Shown here: positions 21,631 to 37,100 of the stretch, one piece after another
Layout of the letters: each line of letters opens with the position of its first letter
Numbering within the stretch: the stretch's first letter is position 1
Assembly (NCBI GenBank): GCA_964035545.1
Contig: OZ037771.1
Location: 12,337,133-12,401,132 of the forward strand
DNA from: Bugula neritina
Taxonomy: Eukaryota > Animalia > Bryozoa
Length of the DNA: 64,000 bases
Direction of reading: 5' to 3'
The notes under the pieces: generated by a model
What the model saw: the letters and a program-made list of their open reading frames with translations, nothing else
Database searches by the model: none
What the model was told of the DNA's origin: nothing
Translations under genes and position numbers: made by a program

Positions 21631-24573
21631 TCACATTGTCAATGACTGATTGCTGATTCTGTATACTAGTTTGATCTGATAAAGTCACCGTTAAACAAAA
21701 ATATGAGGCTGTGTGAAAACTGTACTGAAAGGTAAGTTTCTAATTATTATATTTTCATATGACTTAAATAAAATTGATATAGCTATTTGTGCAAATCCAT
21801 GTCCTTTCATATGAATTTAATCATCTATAAATACTTTTTCTAAATACTGTAATTACAAGCTTATTAATTTTAACACCAAACCTGCTTCTTTCATACAACT
21901 AACTAGAATTTTGAACTTAATGCTTGTTAAAGCGACGTGGGTTTTATTGCTTTAAACAACCTAACTAGGACATAGTATAAAACAGTGAATATACATAACA
22001 CTTACCCTACATAGCCGTGATAGAGTTGGTGCTTCTACACTGTATGCTACATAAAAAGTTGTAGCTAATAAGTATAACAAAGAGTAACGAAGTAGTTCCA
22101 TAGTCACAGGTGGTAAAGTTTCTAATTGCTAAATCCGCAGTTTTTATCCTGGAAAAGAATTTTTTGCTACGCTGGTAATGCTTGCTAGCGAATAAGGCAT
22201 TATGCAGTAAGAGTTAGCTTATTACAACCACCCCTCTCCAGATCAGTCTGTTTAATGACCTATGAACCGTGTTGAAGAAGAGGATATGCCACAGTGTAAT
22301 GCAACAAGTGAATGCATGACATAACGTTTGTAAGGACCACCTCCCACTATTGTGCCAGTTTTCACTTGTAAAGCTGTATTTCTGTAGCAGTAAATATCTA
22401 CGAAGGAATTTGTTCTTGTTATGGCAACTCATGATGGGATTTTGGATTACCGCATGGTAGCTATAATTACCAATGTGGAGCTATTGTTAGCAGCACCCCT
22501 GCACCTGTTAAGGCTTTAGTTTCCAGACCATCGAGTGCACATTTTTGCCAGTTTACTGAGCAACGTTCAAGACTGAGTAACTAAAATTTGCCATGCCCTT
22601 CAACTTCTAAATATAAATTTCTTCTAAAACGGCAAATTTTCAGTGCAATGTTTCTATAATAAATCTCGCAAAACTTAGCCAAGCAGAGGTGCGTGTCAAA
22701 GCTATTACTTCCGTACCTCCATTATATTGAGCTTATAGAAAATTAATCTGCACGTTTCTAAATAAAATAATTGTGCAACTTTTGCTATGTGTATTCCTGT
22801 AATCTTAGTTGCATTCTTTTTCATAATTTCCTGTTTAATTAAACCCTATAGCCTACATAGACTATTGTTTACTTGCTAGTTTTCCAACTGTACATATTCA
22901 GGTGTATGTCGCTAACAATACCCCTGTTGTCATATACAGGAAGTCAAAGGTTACTTTAATCTTTCCTCATATTTAGAAAAACTATAGTGTAACATAGACT
23001 TCCACTAAGGTTAATGTCTGGAATGCAGAGATTAACAAAGCTTAGGATTACCATGTACTTCCTGTTTGTGATTTGACAAGTGATGCATAGCCCGCGTGAG
23101 TGAAATACGATGCTGTGCGTTTGTTAGGGTCTTGTGATTACAAAATATATGTAACACTTGGTGTCTATGGTAAGTGAGTTGGAAGAACAATGTAAATTCA
23201 GTCCTGTTTTCACGCCAATAAACAATTTCAACACTCCACTGCCGCTCCAACCAGAAGCTATATTGGTGATTGGAACCGGCCTGCAGCAAAATATCAGTAG
23301 TTAAAGGTGAAAACACAACATTGCTGATGGCTGTTCAATATTCACGGGTAAAAAGAAGTGCATTTTCAGATTTTCTCTGACAGGGTTTCCAAGTTTTCTA
23401 GCAGAAGCCTCTTTAGTCTAGATACACAATACTTACAAAGGAAAGGGATTACAATATAGTTGAACAGGAATATTTTGCTTTGTTTCACAATTATATTTTC
23501 CTGTAATAATGGAGTACCTTCCTTTTACTGTTCAATTACAGCCTACTATTTTGTGATAAGAGATCAAGCTGATAAATCTACAAGTGTATTTGAGTGATAA
23601 GGAAGCTACAGGAAACAAATGAAAGCATGGCTGGATGCTTCCCTGATTTCACTTGTGTCCACCAATATTAAGCCAGATATTATATCAATTACTGCAATAC
23701 GACTCCTGAAAGTTGTAGTAATACGTAACAGGTGGTGGCACAGGTTGACGTAATACTGTCTGCTTGGCTATTGAAACTCAACTAAAAATGAACAGGTTGA
23801 ATGCTCCGCACTGAATATCTGGTGAGCTGTGGGAAGTTACGAGCTACCCGGTGCATTGATCTCAACAGCTATAACTCCATTGATCTTACAGCTGTAGCTT
23901 ATGCGACTAACAGCGTTGAACGACTGCTAAATTATTTCACTGTTTGTCTACATTTTAAAGTAACATGTTAGCAGAATGTTTTCCCTTTAGACAGACAAGC
24001 TTTGATAGTGCAGGTTGCTAACCCTACTAAAGCTGTCTAAATCTCACTGGCTGTTGTTAATACTAACTTCATATTTGGTTAATTCAAATAGTAAGTAAGA
24101 GCAAGCATAGACATTTGATGAACATGATTTCAAAGAGTGTAACACCAGCTCTATCATATATCTGTAGAAGGTGTTTTAAATCTACAAGTTCAGATAAAAC
24201 ACTAGAAACCTAAGCTAGGCTCTACATTATATTGTTTTAGGAAGATCACCATTTTCAGCCGATCTCAACAAGGATGTAATTCAGGTGAAAACCTAGTTTA
24301 CAGATACACCATCACACAAACTGTTTCATAGCAGACTTTATGTTTATTATTCTTGTCTTTAAGGAAAAAGCAAATACAACAAGCCAATTGTCTGATGGAA
24401 TAGAAAGCATTGACTGATACCTATAGAACTTCAGTGTTGAATATAGAAGCAGTGAGTAAATATAAGTAGCAAAAGTATACTATCAAAATGGCTTCCTCTC
24501 TAGCCCATATTTATCAGAAATAAATTTCAAAAAAACATTCTATTAAAATAAAACATTTGATGGCACGTGACAT

Positions 24574-27500
24574 TTAATCTTTTCTTGCATCTGAATCAGC
24601 TGGCTCTTTCAGCGGGTCAAAGTTCCAAACGCTGTTTCCTTCAGACACGGAAGTTGTGGGTGCTTCCGGCTGGGACCAGACGTCTGGTATGAAGGGATAC
24701 GCCTGTTCGTGAAAGAGAAGATATTCTACAGTACAGTGTATGTGTAGATATTCTACAGTACAGTGTATGTGTAGATATTCTACAGTATAGTGTATGTGTA
24801 GACATTCTACAGTATAGTGCATGTGTAGACATTCTACAGTATAGTGCATGTGTAGACATTCTACAGTATAGTGCATGTGTAGACATTCTACAGTATAGTG
24901 TATGTGTAAATATTCTACAGTATAGTGGATGTGTAGACATTCTACAGTATAGTGTATGTGTAGATATTCTACAGTATAGTGCATGTGTAGACATTCTACA
25001 GTATAGTGCATGTATAGATATTATCAACTCTATGGCAGATTCTACTGATACAATTAGCAGTTTAATATAGCATTAACAGCTCTCTTTAACAAAAGGCAGT
25101 AAAATACCTGCTGAGGATCGGTTGGGGTCGAAAGTTGTCTGCTCACGGAGAAGACGCCATTTCCTGTGTGGAAAGAGTTAGTGTTGGAGCGAGAGTAGGA
25201 GCTGGTGAGAGTCTGGATGGCCCGGTACGGCTCGTCCTGGCTCCACAGACTCCAGGACTTGTCCCAGACCCCGCTGGAGCCAGCAGCTGAGGGGAGGGTG
25301 GGGGTCCAGCCCTGGTTGGTGTCCCAGACACCGGTTGACTCTGGATATCTGAGCAGCTCGGGGCTGTATCCTTGCAGAGGGCCTGCGAACAACCATAAGG
25401 TATAAGTAGACACAGATGGGAAGGAGGGGGGACTCAGGACCAGCTGGGGTTGAATGTGTTTAGTGAGAGAAGTGACTGTAGAGATCAACACAAACAAGTG
25501 GAGAGGTCAGGCTACTTTGCCAGAAAAGAAAAGGCGACATAACCAGCCTGATGGAGACAAGAAGTTGCCGGCAAGTCAGACGTAGAAAAGTGAAAAGTTC
25601 AATGGTTGTGAGAGAAAATGAGGAGAGGAGCCCAAATCAACTGTTTGCCCTCCACTGATCGAATTTTCATTAACATATTACTTAAATCCTGCATAACAAG
25701 CGTGAAAAGCACCAAAACAGGAAATGGCCGACTGTGTACAATGCATACTGGAAAGTACCACACTTTGTGTAATCTCTTGCACAGCTCATCAAATATACAT
25801 ATGGCCTGTGTGACGCAGTCATTATTTCCCCATTACCACCCAACTGCACCTTCCACTAGAGAGGGCAACTTTACAGATTATAATTTAAGAACACATTTCT
25901 ATTGGTCAACATGGGAAGGGATATTCACAAATAGTTTACTAATACTTCATGCTTTAACAGTTAGCTAACACCTGAATACAAATTCTTACATCGTAATAAA
26001 TAATAGCATAAATAATAATCATATATGGATCATTTTACTTAATTTATTACACACTGGATATCTTCAGTTTTTAGCAATTTTTCACAATTTAGCTGGTAAT
26101 AAACATGACTTTTTGCCCAAAACTACTAAAGCACCAATAAATACACCAAAAAATTGAGTTTCTTCTTGATTTTGCTTGATTTCCCATATTTTTTCTTATA
26201 TATTTAGCTTATTAGGGGTGCGGACCGTTACGGTTTTTTCGTAATGGTCCGCAACCAAAAGTAGCTGAATAATTAGGAAAAAACATGGGAAATGAAGCAA
26301 AACTAAAAAGAACTTTGCTTATTTAGGTATATTTATTAGTGCTTTACTAGTTTTAGCTAAAAAAACCATGTCCATTAGCAGTTAAATTGTGGAAAATAGC
26401 TAAAAACTGAAAATATCTAGTGTGTACTAAATTAAGTAAAATGACCCATATAGACCCTGAAGTGAAATTTGAAAAAAATATTGTATAAAAAATAATTGTC
26501 CCATCAATTATTAAAACTTTAAAAACGAATTATTTAAATTCAACATAAAATATTTACTTTGATTCCTCGTAGCCTGAGGACCTGCCATATCCGGTCTTCT
26601 CTTAGCCTGTATGTTTGCTAAAAGTTGCTCATCGGTTAAACCAGGTGTATAGCCGGAGAGAGTGTCAGCATTCGAGAAGGGCGGGTCATGTATAGCCCGT
26701 GGCGTTACCAGAGGTGACTCACTCAGGCTAGGCAAGACAGCATTGCTACAAACACAACAGAGCACATGACATCTCAGCTCTCATTGGTCAAATATATGTA
26801 GCTTTGTTTACATCTTGAAAATCCACAGTGGACTCCACCATCTTACAGGGTCAACTTTTCTGAGCATATTTGTCACAACTCCAACAAAAAACTTGATTTT
26901 TTAAAGTCAGCTTTACATATAAGCTTCCAGTTGAAAGGCAGGCAAGAAAGTGGCACAAAAAAGGCCACCATCTTCTTTTAGAGCACCATCTCAACAATTT
27001 GCTCCTCAAAAAATGTACAACCTAACACAGAATTTCATGGTATATATAGCCAATTGCAAAGTACAATTTTAAAAATATTCAACACCACGCCAAACATTAA
27101 TTCACACATCACTGATGTAACAGAATTCCTACAAGGAAACAGTGTGACTGGAAGCAAGTAGTACAGCAACTGCAATGCAACATGGTGGACATATCTTGCC
27201 TTCCCGTGTGTTAGTTTGGATATTCTTTTTTCAGGTTTGAAAATAAACTATTTCAGAGTGTTTTACCACCCAGCATGGAGCTTGTAGCACTGAACAGATA
27301 TTGTAGATGTCAATTTATATTAAGTTTGTGTTATACAGCACAAGGAGACAATAACTCCCAAAGAAGTACAATTAAGTTATCATTACTTTAAGCTTTATAC
27401 TTAATGCACACGTACAGCATATTTACTTCTCTTTTACTAGAATTAGAATCAGGGAATTTGAAGCCTGACAATACCCGAGGCACAATATACAAATTGCCAC

Positions 27501-30500
27501 TTTAGCTCTTTATGGTTGTTGGCAAAATAAAATTTTAGCTTATTAGAAGCATGCTTGAGTCTAGCATGTTATCTTAGAATATTGAGCTGGTGAAGGCAAA
27601 CGAACACAAGCAGTAACTCTTTTGTGAAGAAACATTGAATTTTTTCTTTTATATATCTCATTGTAGGCATAGAACTTGTAAATTAAATTACAATATTACA
27701 CACTGCATATTACACAATATACAATGTACAGTTTTGGTGTTACATTATATATATGGATATAGATTATGTATGCTACATAACAGAAAGCCCTTAGTTCAAG
27801 CAGCAGGTTTCACTGAGAGAAACATGAAATACAGATTTATATTATAGTCACAGCAGCTGCTTAAAGCCAAGAAGTGAAACAGAGAAGTAGAAATATACTC
27901 ACTTTTGAGCTGTCGGGAAATCCCAGTTAAGAGAAGATCGCTGACGAGGTTTCGTGCCGATTGGCTCAAAGACTTTTGGACTGGCAGCGGCCAGAGGCAC
28001 ATTTACTCCTGAGTGGAGAGCCTCAGCGAATGACCTCGTCTGGTCGGAAATCTCGGAGAAATCCTCTGCAGGTAAACACACAGCAGGTAAACCTTATGCA
28101 GGTAAAACCATTTGCAGATTATATATATATATAATATATTTATGTATATAAACATATTATATAATATATTTATATATATAAACATATTATATATAATATA
28201 TTTATATATATAAATATATTATATATATTTATATATATAAACATATTATATATAATATATTTATATATATAAGTATATCACATATACACTACATGTAGAT
28301 ACAACACAGGTAAAGGCATTACACTTTACAGGTGAAGCACACGAGAAATATACCCGCCAACTAAACACACTCATAAAATGACTAAGAAAGAAATAAAACT
28401 GAAAGAAGACAGAGAAATGAAACCTTAGATAGATCAAGTTAGATTTAGCTAAAGTTCCATAGCTGGGTATTGGATCATTGTGGGAAATTACATTATAAAG
28501 ACTTATAAACAACGTAAGTGGAAGTGAGAAGTGAGAGAGCAAGGAGCAAGCATTGGGACAGCCAACCATTGGAAACACATTTTCAGGAATCAAAATGAAG
28601 TAGTCTAGCATTTAGTACACCACAGCATGTTACACACATAAAACACTGTACACTACAGCATGTTACACACATACAACTCTGTAAACCACAGCATGTTACA
28701 CACATATAACTCTGTACACCACAGCATGTTACACACATACAACTCTGTACATCACAGCATGTTACACACATACAACTCTGTACACCACAGCATGTTACAC
28801 ATACAAATATATATTGGTGCCAACTTAACATTTAATAACTCAAGAGTAGCATAATTAAAATTATTAGCATTTTTCAATACAATTTAAGTATAAAGTTGAT
28901 AAAGCACCCATCAATAAAACAGCATAAAATAATATCTATGTCACATGACTAGATGAGTATACACATCACATGGCAGCCAGGCAATACACCTTTAGCACAC
29001 AGTGTAGACAATACACCTTTAGCACACAGTGCAGACAATACACCTTTAGCACACACTGTAGACAATACACTTTTAGCACACAGTGTAGGCAATACACCTT
29101 TAGCACACTGTGTAGGCATTACACCTTTAGCACACAGTGTAGGCAATACACCTTTAGCACACAGTGTAGACAATACACCTTTAGCACACACTGTAGGCAA
29201 TACACCTTTAGCACACAGTGTAGACAATACACCTTTAGCACACACTGTAGACAATACACTTTTAGCACACACTGTAGACAATACACCTTTAGCACACAGT
29301 GTAGACAATACACCTTTAGCACACAGTGTAGACAATACACCTTTAGCACACACTGTAGACAATACACCTTTAGCACACAGTGTAGACAATACACCTTTAG
29401 CACACAGTGTAGACAATACACCTTTAGCACACTGTGTAGGCATTACACCTTTAGCACACAGTGTAGGCAATACACCTTTAGCACACACTGTAGACAATAC
29501 ACCTTTAGCACACACTGTAGACAATACACCTTTAGCACACAGTGTAGACTATACACCTTTAGCACACAGTGTAGACAATACACCTTTAGCACACAGTGTA
29601 GACAATACACCTTTAGCACACACTGTAGACAATACACTTTTAGCACACAGTGTAGACAATACACCTTTAGCAGATGATATACACCAATAGCAGAAGTACA
29701 GCAGCATGAAAATCATGCACCAATTGAACCATTGCAGGTAAGCAAAATTAGTCGATACAAATTTCAAAGGGCAGCCAAAATAAACCATATCAGAAGTTAT
29801 AAAGTGAAAGTATAAGCATACTAAAAATTGTTGATAATCATAATACTATGTTCTAGCAACTATGAGATGTAGAAATAGAGTAGAAGTGCCATGGATGCGT
29901 AGGTGTAGATAACAGACAAATTGGAGCAGGTGCTAGAGACATGTATATATGCAGATAATAGACAAGTTAGATCAGGTGTTAGAAATATGTATAAGCAGAT
30001 AGTAGACAAGTTGGAGCAGGTGCTAGAGATATGTCTATATGCAGATAGTAGACAAGTTGGAGCAGGTATAAAGGTAATGACAAGTTGGAGCAGGTGCTAG
30101 AGATATAATGTGTATGCAGATGATAGACTTGCTAGATCAGCTGTTAGAGATACACACGATAGTGACAGATCAAGACAGATGCTATATAGGTGTCACAGAG
30201 ACTTTCATGTGGATCATAGAGCTTACAGGCAAGTAGAGACAGGTGCTATGAACATATAATTAAAGCTGCACAGCCATTAGCATATAGGATAAATTGTTAC
30301 TGCCCCTAACAAAAGGAAGTGGATAGATATATACCGTAGGTTTCGGGGGCTACAGTGTCCCAAGATGGGGTTTCACTGGCCACGGAGAGCATATCTATAG
30401 AAACACAACAATCTACACATTTACAACAACTACAAGCATAGAGGAAATTTGAAGTTAAAACATAATTCAAGTAGAAAATAAACAAAGTCTATATTACATT

Positions 30501-33500
30501 TATTACGAAGACAGATTTGCATAGAAAGTCCGACAAATTCATATTACTTATACTAACAAGTTACCAAACACTTATTACATACAAACTGATATATTAAAAA
30601 CACACAAGTAAATTTTCAATGCCATACAAAACTCTACATCTGCACAAAATGAAATTAGAAACTATAATATAGAACAAGGACTGTTTCAATAGAAAACTAC
30701 TTTCCTGTTACAGGACAAACTAGCACCATGTAAACTGCAACAAATCCATTGCAAACACCACTATAGCTTTATTCCATTTACAACTCAGTCAATAAGGTTT
30801 AAATATTGAAATGCAAAGGAATGGTTAGTACTAGAGACTAGAGTCTTACCAGAGTTGGCCGCAAGAGACTTGGCTGACGGAAACTTCCATGGCTGCGTCT
30901 CTTTATCTGGCAGCTTAGTCAGCCACTCTGTGACGTGCTTGTTCTACAAAAGACAAGAAGTGATGTCATCATGTACCACATGACTGGTATCTACTCAAAC
31001 TTAGTAGCACCTGTAAGCACCTGACTACAGTACAGTATAACCTACAGTACAGTATAACCTACAGTACAGTATAACCTACAGTACAGTATAACCTACAGTA
31101 CAGTATAACCTACAGTGCAGAATAGCATAGCCTAAGTACCAGATGACTCACCTTTCCATCGCTGGTGTTCACGCTCCCCGAGTCCGTACTGTTACTTGTA
31201 CTATCCTCCAAGTCTGTAGTCCCAACAGCTTTTGTCATCATGATAGGACCAGGGGCTACCTTCTTCACCTGAAGTGGAAAAGCAAATGTCAAGGCTGTTG
31301 TCCATGTCAGCTAAACACATCAGTCGACATTAAATTCAATTAGCCCGTGACCTATTAACCACATATAGATATAAAGGGGGGAGGGTGTCAGCATGTATCG
31401 AACTTCACCTTCATTTTAGCCTGTGAGTTTTTCTTTTGCTGTTTCTTCAGTTGAGCTCTAGAGTTCTGCTGTAGCTTCGCTCTCGCCTCTTCGCTCAACA
31501 CGGGCATTAGAAAATCTTCAAACAAAACAGAGTAAAACATTACCAGACCGCTAGCTGGAATATACAACATAACTGAGTATAGCATGGAACTATGTGTGAA
31601 GAGGTTTCTGTTTAGAATTTTGGAGTACAACTACAACTGGAATCATAACAGTATAAATATGGTGTTGCTTTTCGGGTTTTATATTTAATATAAAACTAAT
31701 TAAAATTTAAAGCTCATTTTGCATTATGAAGAAATTATAGAAAATGTATGTACGCGCATGCGTGAATATGTCCTCGGTCACAAAACAGTGTTGATTCTAT
31801 ATAATAGTTTTACATGCAGACTGAACACTTTTGCAAACACGAATCAAAGCAGACACCAACCTGATCCCTGATCCACCAGATATCCATTTATCTCTTTAGT
31901 ATCTTCTACTTCTGAGGACTGTCTGCGTGGAGCTGCTCCTTGCGTTGTGCTGGTAGAGGTACTTGCAGTAGAGGTCGTGACCCCGCTAGATGTATCAACT
32001 GATGGCACGTTCTTTCTGTGACCGCCTTTACTACTGACTGTTGTAACGTCTGCAGCCTCTTTTTTAGAGGTCAAGGTATTTGAGCCGTTTACCTGTTTGC
32101 TTTGTCGCGCAGGTTGACTAACTCCACCAGAGAGATCATTGTTTACCTGATAAAATGATTGGTTGTAAAACTTGAAGTCTAAAAGGTGTATCTAACCACT
32201 GGTTAGCTGAGATAAAACTCTCTCCCAAAACGTTTGTATGTTTATTTTTATGACTATATCAATTTGATACCAAAAGAAAGCTCACCTTTTCGCTAGGCGA
32301 GCTGGCAGCGCCGTTTCTACTCTGCTTGGATGTTACGACATTATTTAGCTTGGGAGTTGTCTTGGGCTGGTTTGTTGTTGGGGAGCCCTTCGCACTGCGA
32401 GGGTTTGACTGTCTTTTATCAGAGATCCGATTGCTGTTTGCTTCTACAGGAATTACTATACATGATAATACTCAGTATATAACTGACTATTCAATACAGT
32501 AACTAATACACAGTATATAACTGACTATTCAATACAGTAACTAATACTCAGTATATAACTGACTATTCAATACAGTAACTAATACTAAGTATGTAACTGA
32601 CCATTCAATACAGTAACTAATACTCAGTATGTAACTGACTATTCAATACAGTAACTAATACTCAGTATATAACTGACTATTCAATACAGTAACTAATTCT
32701 CAGTAAATAACTGACTATTCAATACAGTAACTAATACTCAGTACGTAACTGACTATTCAATGCAGTAACTAATACTCAGTACATTACTGACTATTCAATA
32801 CAGTAACTAATACTCAGTACATAACTGACTATTCAATGCAGTAACTAATACTCAGTACATTGCTGAATATTCAATACAGTAACTAATACTCAGTACATTA
32901 CTGACTATTCAATACAGTAACTAATACTCAGTATATAACTGACTATTCAATACAGTAACTAATACTCAGTATATAACTGACTATTCACTTGTAAGAAATT
33001 AAATCTACACTCAACAGTTCTTCAGTTTGAGAATTATTTGAATCAAGACCAAATATGTGTTTGTAAGTCCCACACCACACACACCACACCACACACACCA
33101 CACCACACACACACACCACACACACCACACCACACACACCACACCACACACACCACACCACACACACCACACCACACACACCACACCACACACACCACAC
33201 CACACACACCACACCACACCACACACACCACACCACACACACCACACCACACACACCACACCACACCACACACACCACACCACACACACCACACCACACA
33301 CACCACACCACACACACCACACCACACACACCACACCACACACACCACACCACACACACCACACCACACACACCACACCACACACACCACACCACACACA
33401 CCACACCACACCACACCACACACACCACACCACACACACCACACCACACACACCACACACACACACCACACCACACACACCACACCACACACACCACACC

Positions 33501-34107
33501 ACACACACCACACCACACACACCACACCACACACACCACACCACACACACCACACCACACACACCACACCACACACACCACACCACACACACCACACCAC
33601 ACACACCACACCACACACACCACACCACACACACCACACCACACACACCACACCACACACACCACACACACCACACCACACACACCACACCACACACACC
33701 ACACCACACACACCACACCACACACACCACACACACCACACCACACACACCACACCACACACACCACACCACACACACCACACCACACACACCACACCAC
33801 ACACACCACACCACACACACCACACCACACACACCACACCACACACACCACACCACACACACCACACCACACACACCACACCACACACACCACACCACAC
33901 ACACCACACCACACACACCACACCACACACACCACACCACACACACCACACCACACCACACACACCACACCACACACACCACACCACACACACCACACCA
34001 CACACACCACACCACACACACCACACCACACACACCACACCACACACACCACACCACACACACCACACCACACACACGCACGCACGCCACGCACGCCACG
34101 CACGCCA

Positions 34108-34159
<52 letters not shown>

Positions 34160-37100
34160 CACATCATGTGACACAAACATAATGTGACACAAACATAATG
34201 TGACATACATCAAGTGACACACAGAGCATGTGACACACTGAGCATGTGACACACACACATCATGTGACACACACATCATGTGACACACAGAGCATGTGAC
34301 ACACAGAGCATGTTACACACACACATCATGTGACACACACATCATATAATACACATACCACTTTGAGACGGAGTGACTTTCTTCTCATTCTGCACTCTGG
34401 ACACGTCCACCTGGTGTGACACTTTAGTCACAGCTACTTCAGCTGGTTTGCTACGTTTGCTGATTTCCGAGTTGTTATTTGACGGCTCTGCTGCTCCCTT
34501 CTGTTTAGCCGACGTCTGCTCACCAACTTTACGTAAATCAAACAAGTTCGCTGTGAAACACAAGTTGCAACTCAATCACTGTCTTTCCGTGAAATAAATG
34601 AAGCTTTACCGCTAAGCCAATTACATGTCTTTCAATGAAAAAGTCATGATTGGTTAACCAGCTTCGAAAATAATTCCATGAATGGAAAGACAGCGAATGA
34701 TGGCTTTTTGTAAAAACAATTTTGATTGGTTGATATGGCAGTTGGCAGAAGCTATCTTATAGCTAAAATATGGTTACACAGTGAGTTTGTAATTACAGCT
34801 TTTAAACGAAACATAACTAGGAATGCTATGTTAGAAATTGTCTGCTCCTTTCTGTACTAATGATATATATTATGCTAGCATTAGCAACTATTATATCAAC
34901 AAACGAAAAACAACACATTAAACTCACACCAGATCAACTCTCCATACATACTTGTAAGAAAAAACAAGACAAAACAGTAGCCTGGTAGCTTTCTAACATT
35001 TAAAATGGTAAGAAGGGGGCGGATGAGAAATACTCACACTTCTCTTTGAAATGCTGTTGAAGACTATCGCTGAATGTCTTCTTCATGTCGGTGTAAGACA
35101 GCAGCAAAGTGGCACAGAACAATATCGGCAGCAGTATGACAAACAGCCAATGAAAATACTCCTCCCAATCAGGTCTTGGTAGAGCATTCCTGCACCTGAT
35201 TGGTCAATAGAATACTGTATGAGAAGACAACCTTTACTGCTAATACATAATGACAGGTAATGTTTGATTTATTACACAGTTACCAATTTAAATCAATGAT
35301 AGACTTTTTAGAAGCTAGGTTTCTATTGAAAGCTATCATAACCGAAAATAAAGTTGAAGCAAAAAAAAGTGTTTCGTTTGCAACAGAAATAATTGCATAA
35401 AGCACTGCTCATTAATTTTTACACTAAGAAGACCTAGCATTGCTTATTTTAAGCAACATAAAATTATGTACTATCGAAAATATTATATTCTATGACGGAG
35501 GAAGGCCAAACTGCCTGCAAAGGGTAGCTTAATCTACTATTTGTTAGCATGAACATATGTGTCATGAAACGTAATATACTGATAGCCATAGATTTTTAGC
35601 TTTTTATTGAAATAAAAAAATTCGAGAAGATAAAAATAGTTTAAATCCATTGAGAAATGCAACACAGGGTATCTCAAATACTAAAATATTCTAAAATTCA
35701 ACATTAAAAGCACAAAAGGCAGCCTTTTTTGACTGTTCTTTGAATCAAACAAGACAAAAGTGGAGACACTGAACTCACTTGAGAAGAATGCGTGCCGGCA
35801 GGTGTACGGACACCATGACCTGATGAGTGAGGTTTCCACTGGCATATATAGTGAGGAGGGTCTGTACGTAGGGGTTGCTGAAGTCGGGGTAGTATATTAA
35901 CTCCACCTCTCTCGAACTGTTGGCTGCCAATTCAAATCCCGAGCAATTCCTCACCTGGGCAAATGCGAGAATACAGAAAACCAACAAGAGAATAGAAAAA
36001 ATGCTAGCATGGCTAACAAGTCTCACTGCATGGCAAATTTATAAAAAAAACTAACGCAAGTTTATAGTCACTATCCCTGTGAGAAATCCCTGATGGAAAA
36101 AGTATTTTTTAAAATAGGCTAAGGACTTATTCATATGTGGCACAGAAGCAATTATGACTGGATGCTCTTCCTAACATTACCAATAGCCTTTACTGAGGTT
36201 GGAACCCATGACTATGTGTTTACTGAGTGCTTTAACCCCTAGACCACGGCTGCTCTTTTACAGACCATCATTGCAAAGTAATATGCGACTTTGCTGCGCC
36301 GCTATAATGAATGCAGAGATATATCTACCGTAGCCTAGCTACACATAACTAAACAGTACACTGAGCAAGAGTCACCTGAAAAGCAAGGTTAGAGCAAGGA
36401 ACTCCGCCCACGTCAAACCCGTGTATATATACCGGCAGAGTGCCGTTGTTCTCTAACGTGAACTTGCTAGAAATACCGAAAGCCACTGGCTCCAACCACT
36501 TCTCGTTATCTCTTCTACCACCTGCAGAAGTACACCGTGTCAAGGACATACAATATCAGGCCGATAGCTATATCTTTGGCGTTCACTTGCTCTAATGCAA
36601 ACACACAAGAAAAATTAGTTACACAATGAAAATATTTAATAGCAAAAATTAAATAAATCCGTACCATCAATTAGTATGAAATACTTGTTGCATTATTGTC
36701 AAACTTTTTAGGAAGTGCTCAAGCTCAAGAAACCTCAAATAAACCATAGTAATGGCCTGAGGTTAGGTTTAAAAACAAGACATAAGTTTTCACAGAAATT
36801 AAACAAATGTAAAGTAAGTAACAGACAAGTTATGACAGGTGATAGAGATATGTATAAAATGTATATATGTAAACAAGTTTGAGTAGGTGCTGGAAATATG
36901 CAAGTAATAGGTAATAGACGTGTCAAATCAGTTGTCAGATATATCAATTATAGTGACAGATTAGAGCAGGTGCTAATTAGTAGATACTAAAGTATATTTT
37001 CATGTAAATCTCTTTGCATGACTGTAAAATCTGTGTCTACCTACAAACATTAAAGTGTATACAGTCTAATAGACTAAGTTCTGTATATCAACATATTTTC

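Noticed and set aside
24703-25027. Extension of the last TMEM131 exon through HYTVECL repeats
   Set aside because: Repeat-derived TAG acceptors are out of phase with the phase-0 donor at 25107; the CAG at 24703 fits.
28949-29788. Overlapping repetitive ORFs (CAKGVLSTL, NTPLAHSVD)
   Set aside because: 27-bp minisatellite open in several frames; the TMEM131 exon chain is in phase without it.
32985-34288. Long 376-425-aa ORFs on both strands (VCGVV / HTTPH)
   Set aside because: Stop-free translations of a CA-rich satellite inside a TMEM131 intron.
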